Shown piece after piece: positions 60,371 through 64,000 of a stretch of 64,000 nucleotides of DNA; the stretch's first letter is position 1; each line of letters opens with the position of its first letter. The stretch spans positions 16,895 to 80,894 of the forward strand of contig JAFTKJ010000006.1 in assembly GCA_017453305.1 (NCBI GenBank), given 5' to 3'. Position numbers and translations under genes: made by a program. The notes below the pieces were generated by a model. The model had not been told where the DNA came from, ran no database searches, and saw only the letters and a program-made list of their open reading frames with translations. The stretch comes from Clostridia bacterium (GTDB lineage Bacteria > Bacillota > Clostridia > Oscillospirales > CAG-272).

Positions 60371-61921
60371 TTGGGAAATCTTATCAAATCCAAGCTGTTG
60401 GAATCCTTCCAATCCATCATTCCCATTGCCTTGATCGTGGCGGTTTTAGCCATCACCATCACGCCAATGGAGCCGGGAATCTTTTTGCTGTTTATTTTCG
60501 GCGTCGTGTGTCTGATCTTTGGTCTTTCGCTCTTTACCATGGGGGCGGAGATGTCCATGCAGACCATCGGTTCAAAAATCGGTGCTTACCTTGCAAAATC
60601 GGGTAAGATATGGCTCATTGCGCTGGTCAGCTTTCTCATTGGTATTTTCGTTACCATTTCCGAACCCGATTTGCAGATCCTTGCAAAGCAGGTGGCAGAT
60701 CTTTCGGGAAATGCCGATATGATGCTGATCCTGACGCTTACCATCTCCGTCGGCGTCGGTATCTTTTTGGTCATCGGCATGCTGCGCATCCTTTTTAAGA
60801 TCAATCTTTCCATTTTGCTCATCGGCTTTTACATCCTCACCTTTCTTCTTTGTATCTTCTTCGTTTCTCCCGATTTCTGGGCGCTTGCCTTCGACTCGGG
60901 AGGAGTGACCACAGGACCCATGACCGTTCCCTTTATCATGGCAATCGGCGCAGGCGTTTCCGGCATGCGTTCGGGTGAGGAAGGGCATGACGACGCCTTC
61001 GGTCTTGTATCTCTTTGCAGCGTAGGCCCCATTCTCTCGGTTATGATCCTTGGCATCTGCTTCTCCATTGAGGGCGGCAGCTACGTGGGCGCCCCCATCG
61101 AGCAGATCACCGATACGCAGGACCTGATGGGACGCTACTTGCACAGCCTTGGCGAGCACGCACAAGAGATCGCCGTGGCGCTGCTTCCCATCATCGTGTT
61201 TGCGCTTTTGTTCCAGCTTTTGACGCGTGCCTTCACCGCGCGCAAGCTGTTGCGTGTGGGCATTGGCGTCGTGTATACTTTTGTTGGTCTTGTGATCTTC
61301 CTTACGGGTGCCAACGAGGGATTTTTGCCCGTAGGTCAAGAGCTTGGCCGTGCGCTTGCATCTCTTGACGGCATATGGAAGTGGATCCTCATCCCCGTGG
61401 GCATGCTCCTCGGTTACTTTATCGTCAATGCCGAGCCCGCCGTTTACGTTTTGAACAAGCAGGTCGAGCAGATCACCGCAGGTGCGATCTCGGCAGGGAC
61501 CATGCGTCTCTCCCTTTCCATCGGTGTGTCGGCGGCATTGGGACTTTCCATGCTCCGCATCCTGACGGGCATCAACATTTTGTGGATCCTGATCCCCGGC
61601 TACGTGATCGCCTTGGGATTGACCTTCTTCGTTCCCAAATTCTTCGTGGGTATCGCATTCGACTCGGGTGGAGTTGCCAGCGGTGCCATGATGAGTGCAT
61701 TTGTTCTGCCGCTTGCCACGGGCGCGTGCCTCTGTTTGGGCGCAAACGTTATGACGCAGGCGTTCGGCTGTGTGGCATTCGTTGCGCTGACGCCGATCAT
61801 CTCCATTCAGATCTGCGGATTGATGTATAACCTCAAATCCAAGCAGGCAGTCAGCCGCTTTATCTCCGAGCAGGAGTACTTTATCGACTATACCGAGCAA
61901 AACGCGGAGGTGGAAGTATAA
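60371..61921 (+). CDS. DUF1538-family membrane protein (two repeats)
   Basis: SEPDLQIL, AFDSGGVTTGPMTVPF and a second AFDSGGVASG; TTG start with AAAGGA RBS. Confidence 0.88.
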   Translation: MGNLIKSKLLESFQSIIPIALIVAVLAITITPMEPGIFLLFIFGVVCLIFGLSLFTMGAEMSMQTIGSKIGAYLAKSGKIWLIALVSFLIGIFVTISEPDLQILAKQVADLSGNADMMLILTLTISVGVGIFLVIGMLRILFKINLSILLIGFYILTFLLCIFFVSPDFWALAFDSGGVTTGPMTVPFIMAIGAGVSGMRSGEEGHDDAFGLVSLCSVGPILSVMILGICFSIEGGSYVGAPIEQITDTQDLMGRYLHSLGEHAQEIAVALLPIIVFALLFQLLTRAFTARKLLRVGIGVVYTFVGLVIFLTGANEGFLPVGQELGRALASLDGIWKWILIPVGMLLGYFIVNAEPAVYVLNKQVEQITAGAISAGTMRLSLSIGVSAALGLSMLRILTGINILWILIPGYVIALGLTFFVPKFFVGIAFDSGGVASGAMMSAFVLPLATGACLCLGANVMTQAFGCVAFVALTPIISIQICGLMYNLKSKQAVSRFISEQEYFIDYTEQNAEVEV

Positions 61922-62658
61922 TGGCAAAACGGACAACAACCGAAAAACGCGTCAAGCTTTTGGTGTGCATCATCAAAAAGGGCGACGAAAACGCCTTGAC
62001 CGAGGCTTGCCTGGAGTGCTGTGCCGCGCTGAACTTTTCGGCAATCGGCTACGGCACCGCAAAATCGCATTATATGAGCTATCTCGGCTTGGATGAGATC
62101 GAAAAGCGGATCGTTTATTCTCTGATCCCAAATTACTGCGAGAGCCGCGTCCTGCGTGCCATCAATAAGCGTCTCAAGCTTTACCTGATGGGCAACGGAA
62201 TTGCCTTTACCATTCCGCTCTCGGGCATATCCAATCTCATCAGTAACGCCATTCTCTCCACGCCCTACCGCGAGGAGAACACCGAAATGCAAAAAAACAC
62301 AAAGGATAAGGAGAACCGAAAAATGCACGAACTCATTGTTGCTGTGGTAAACCAAAAATTCACCGACGCCGTCCTGGATTGCAGCCGCGCGGCAGGTGCT
62401 ACGGGAGCCACCATTTTGCATACACGCAGTGTCAATAACAAGCAGGTCGAGCAGCTGATCGGCACCTCCTTCAAGCAGGAGACCGATACCATCGCCTTTT
62501 TGACCTCGCACGAATACAAGCAAAAGATCATGGAAGCCATCCGTGAGTGTGCGGGATTGAAGACCGACGGCGGTGCCGTGTTGTTTTCGCTTCCCGTCGA
62601 CTCCTTGGTCGGCATCGGCAGATTCGACGAGGATGACGACGAAGCAGAGGAAGAATAA
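61921..62658 (+). CDS. tandem P-II-like regulatory protein
   Basis: Two P-II-like domains (GNGIAFTIP; AAGATGATIL...GAVLFSLPVD); usual partner of DUF1538. Confidence 0.82.
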   Translation: MAKRTTTEKRVKLLVCIIKKGDENALTEACLECCAALNFSAIGYGTAKSHYMSYLGLDEIEKRIVYSLIPNYCESRVLRAINKRLKLYLMGNGIAFTIPLSGISNLISNAILSTPYREENTEMQKNTKDKENRKMHELIVAVVNQKFTDAVLDCSRAAGATGATILHTRSVNNKQVEQLIGTSFKQETDTIAFLTSHEYKQKIMEAIRECAGLKTDGGAVLFSLPVDSLVGIGRFDEDDDEAEEE

Positions 62659-62669
62659 AAAATCGATTG

Positions 62670-63200
62670 TGGGGGAAGTTTTTTGAGGGGGGACTTTTTG
62701 AAAAAAGTCCCCCCACGCCCCTTCAAAAACTTCCCTAAAAGGAAGTTTTTAAGGCAGCGATATTGGGAAAGCTCGTGCTCTCCCGTTTTGTTTTGTGCAT
62801 TGGATTTTTCAGCGAGTGCATCGTGGGAATGCCGCGAACCGCAGGTTCGCTTGGCTCCCGCCAGCGCGTGGGCACCACCAAGACCCCGCGCGCTCAGAGA
62901 GTTGTTTGGCGTTGGAAAACGATTTACCTTTAACACATCATCTCTGAGAAGGCGCGTTAAAGGTAATACGGTGCAAACAAAATCATTATCCTTTCGGCAA
63001 ACTAATATTGGTGAGCGTTTTGGGTGGTGGAACCAAAACGCTTGCGGGAGCAATTGCTTGATATCGCGCAGGAAAGCAAAAAATTCAGTTGGAAACCCTC
63101 TTTTAAAAGTTCTTGAGGGGGTGTGGGGGAACTTCTTCTCAAGAAGTTCCCCCACAAAACACTCCCACAAAACGCCCCCTCAAAAAACTCTCAAAAAGTT
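62670..63200. repeat. mosaic palindromic (REP/MITE-like) intergenic element C
   Basis: Hairpins GGGGGACTTTTT..AAAAAGTCCCCC and GTGGGGGAACTTCT..AGAAGTTCCCCCAC; homology to element B. Confidence 0.8.
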
Positions 63201-64000
63201 CCTCCACAAATTTGGATCTGTGCCACTGCCTCCGCAAAGGCATCCACGTGTTCGACGGTGTTTGAGAGGGAAGGGCTGAGTCGGATCGCTCCCGTTGGGG
63301 GTGTTCCGAGCGTTTTGTGTGCCAGGGCGGCGCAATGAAATCCCGCGCGTACGCAAAAGCCGCGTGCATTCAATTCCTCTGCCACGCGCTCAGAGGGGAT
63401 TCCCTCCAAGTTAAAGAGTAGGACCGATCCCACGTGATGCGGTGCGTAAATCGTAATTCCGTCCATTGCCGCAAGGCGACTTGTAAGACGAGAATTCAAC
63501 GCCTGCTCATGCTTAAAAATAGCTCCTATGCTACGCCGCCTGACCTCGCGAATGCCCTCCAATAGCCCTGCAATGGCAGGTGTGGGGAGCGTTCCCGCTT
63601 CGTATCGCTCGGGGGAGTCCTGCGGCATGGCGGCATCCAGAGAGTGGTATCCGCTCCCACCCTCGATCAAGGTCTGTGCGCGGAGTCCGTCAGCCAAAAG
63701 GAGCATTCCCGTCCCCTGGGGACCAAGCAAACCCTTGTGTCCCGGGACGCAGAGGGCATCGATCTGCATTCCCTCCACGTCAATGGGCAAATGTCCTGCG
63801 GATTGTGCTGCATCCACCACAAAAAGAATGCCTTTTTTACGACAAAGCGCGCCGATCTCCGCAAGCGGAAGGGCGGCAGAGCAAATATTGGAGGCGTGCG
63901 CACAAATGAGCATGCGTGTGTTTGCGCGCACCTTTTCCAAAATTGAACCGCATATTTCCGCGGCACTCCTTTGGCGAGTGGGATCGTAGGTGGAAAACAC
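63191..64000 (-). CDS. class V PLP aminotransferase (cysteine desulfurase-like), 5' end outside the window
   Basis: HASN, VDAAQSAG, PGHKGLLGPQGTG, YEAGT, VRAGFHCA. Confidence 0.9.
   Translation of the reverse strand: MFSTYDPTRQRSAAEICGSILEKVRANTRMLICAHASNICSAALPLAEIGALCRKKGILFVVDAAQSAGHLPIDVEGMQIDALCVPGHKGLLGPQGTGMLLLADGLRAQTLIEGGSGYHSLDAAMPQDSPERYEAGTLPTPAIAGLLEGIREVRRRSIGAIFKHEQALNSRLTSRLAAMDGITIYAPHHVGSVLLFNLEGIPSERVAEELNARGFCVRAGFHCAALAHKTLGTPPTGAIRLSPSLSNTVEHVDAFAEAVAQIQICGGTF

Noticed and set aside
62265-63279. ORFs within the palindromic elements (also 41283-41672 and 46628-47406)
   Set aside because: No RBS; their similar peptides simply reflect the repeated non-coding DNA.

Overview
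A 64-kb chromosomal window, most likely from a spore-forming Clostridia-type Firmicute (alpha/beta SASP gene, sigma-A-type promoters, GGAGG ribosome-binding sites). Housekeeping genes (valS, a GATase-less guaA, recA-recX, oadB/oadG-like, class V aminotransferase) are mixed with carbohydrate genes (uxaC-uxuB-uxuA-GH39-RraA operon, GH20, GH109-like), two ECF sigma/anti-sigma pairs, two BspA-type LRR lipoproteins and tandem creatininase-family genes. Two features stand out. (1) A 7-kb, 7-gene P22-like DNA-packaging and head operon (terS, terL, gp10-like, portal, scaffold, coat, head-completion; 51616-58594) sits between host genes with no integrase, replication, lysis or tail-fibre genes. Its promoter carries four GTGCCA repeats in exact 10-bp phase, and the portal appears to start at ATT. 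It is a candidate gene-transfer-agent-like or domesticated capsid system. (2) A 2.36-kb integrase-less island at the 3' end of guaA is bounded by a 13-bp direct repeat and carries a ToxN/AbiQ-family toxin. Its putative antitoxin RNA is three sequence-divergent units that each fold into the same H-type pseudoknot. Three large mosaic palindromic intergenic elements and several recent local duplications are also present. All family calls come from motif recognition by eye; no database search was run.
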